Part shown: piece after piece, positions 62,981 through 64,000 of the stretch | Layout of the letters: every line of letters begins with the position of its first letter | How positions within the stretch are numbered: position 1 is the first letter of the stretch | Assembly: GCF_018350175.1 (NCBI RefSeq) | Contig: NC_058368.1 | Coordinates: 151,406,001-151,470,000, forward strand | Origin: Felis catus | Lineage: Eukaryota | Direction of reading: 5' to 3' | Length of the DNA: 64,000 nt | The notes under the pieces: model-generated | The model's input: the letters and a program-made list of their open reading frames with translations, nothing else | Told to the model about the DNA's origin: nothing | Database searches by the model: none | Program-made: the position numbers and the translations under genes

Positions 62981-63759
62981 ATGAGGATTCAAAATAGGAG
63001 GGAGGTATGAACCTTGGGGTGTGAAGGAAAAATTGGATTCTCAACCATACACTAGTTGACAGTATGAATCCTTAGAGATCTAGGGTAAGACATTTCACTG
63101 CTTCAATGCACCGAAGAGGAAGTATATATTTACCCTCAATATGGTTATGGAAGATAATAAGGGTCTTTGCTTTTGTCTAGAATTGTATCAACTCAGTGCT
63201 GTAAGATTTAACTCATATTTGTTAAAAACTTATTAAGTGTAATTTGTATCATAAAGTAGATCTTTCAAAACATAGATCCCTTGGTGGAGAATATTTAAAG
63301 GAGGAAATCCTTGGTGGCAAAAAATTTAGAACACTACCACTTAGATTTTGGAGATTTTTATCAATTAGCTAAGCCACCTCTTTTCTTTCCTTCTCATCTG
63401 ATTTAATTACCAGTTGTTTTTCTCCACTCTGTTAATTTTTGTCTAAAGTAGCAAGGAATTCCAGTGACTAAATTACTCGCGTGTGGGTTTGGGAAGTTAA
63501 AAAAATAGCTTTTATAAAATAATCTTTTATTATCCACATTCCAGTTTCCTATATTTTCAACAATTAAAGTTTCCTTCAAAAAATTTGACCTTTTAATGGA
63601 GAAGCAATATGATTTTATGGAATATAATTGAAATACATGTTTTCTTCCATCAAAATTAGTATACCAGCTTTGCTCACTGTATGTGAATTTATGTATGTGT
63701 GTATATTTTTATATATATTTCCAATGGGATGAAAATTAATAGGGGATTGAATAGAACAA

Positions 63760-63900
63760 CACAGTGGTCTGAGGTGGTAATGAAGATTCTGACACTGAAT
63801 TCTAGTGCATTGGCAACTCTGTCATCAATTTACTATTTGATCCTATTCAAGTCACTGGGATTCTCTTCAATTTCACACTTGCAAAATGGTGCAGCAAAGA
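63760..63900 (+). mobile_element. MIR fossil
   Basis: tactatttgatcctattcaagtcact...caatttcacacttgcaaaatgg core-like text. Confidence 0.45.
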
Positions 63901-64000
63901 AGTCCTAATGAAATACGACAAATAATAGATCACACAGAAAAGAAAAGAAGAAAATGAACAACTTGAAATGCTAAATTAGGACTTTATATTAAAGATTAAG

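Overview
AT-rich mammalian genomic DNA, almost certainly felid: the youngest SINE copies match the cat-type Can-SINE (SINEC_Fc) and the youngest L1 3' end is L1_Fc-like. I can identify no intact protein-coding gene or RNA gene; the window reads as intergenic or deep intronic. It holds about 20 Can-SINEs, most with readable target-site duplications (TSDs), several 5'-truncated or inverted L1s, an ERV-L remnant (MLT2 LTR plus decayed integrase and dUTPase), a MaLR remnant with internal sequence, an LTR16-type solo LTR, MER5 MITEs, L2/MIR fossils and microsatellites. The best-supported unusual items are retrotransposition footprints: a probable twin-primed L1 inside a SINE, two SINEs inserted serially at one site (three TSD copies), and two tail-only insertions. 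More speculative are non-repeat, protein-like frames at about 59.2-59.6 kb (bornavirus-N-like on the minus strand or gypsy-gag-like on the plus strand) and about 31.6-32.0 kb, and two phase-compatible candidate minus-strand exons at about 54.6 and 56.8 kb. These resemblances are by eye only and need homology searches. Repeat family names and boundaries are from recognition, not from a search, and boundaries of old elements are approximate.
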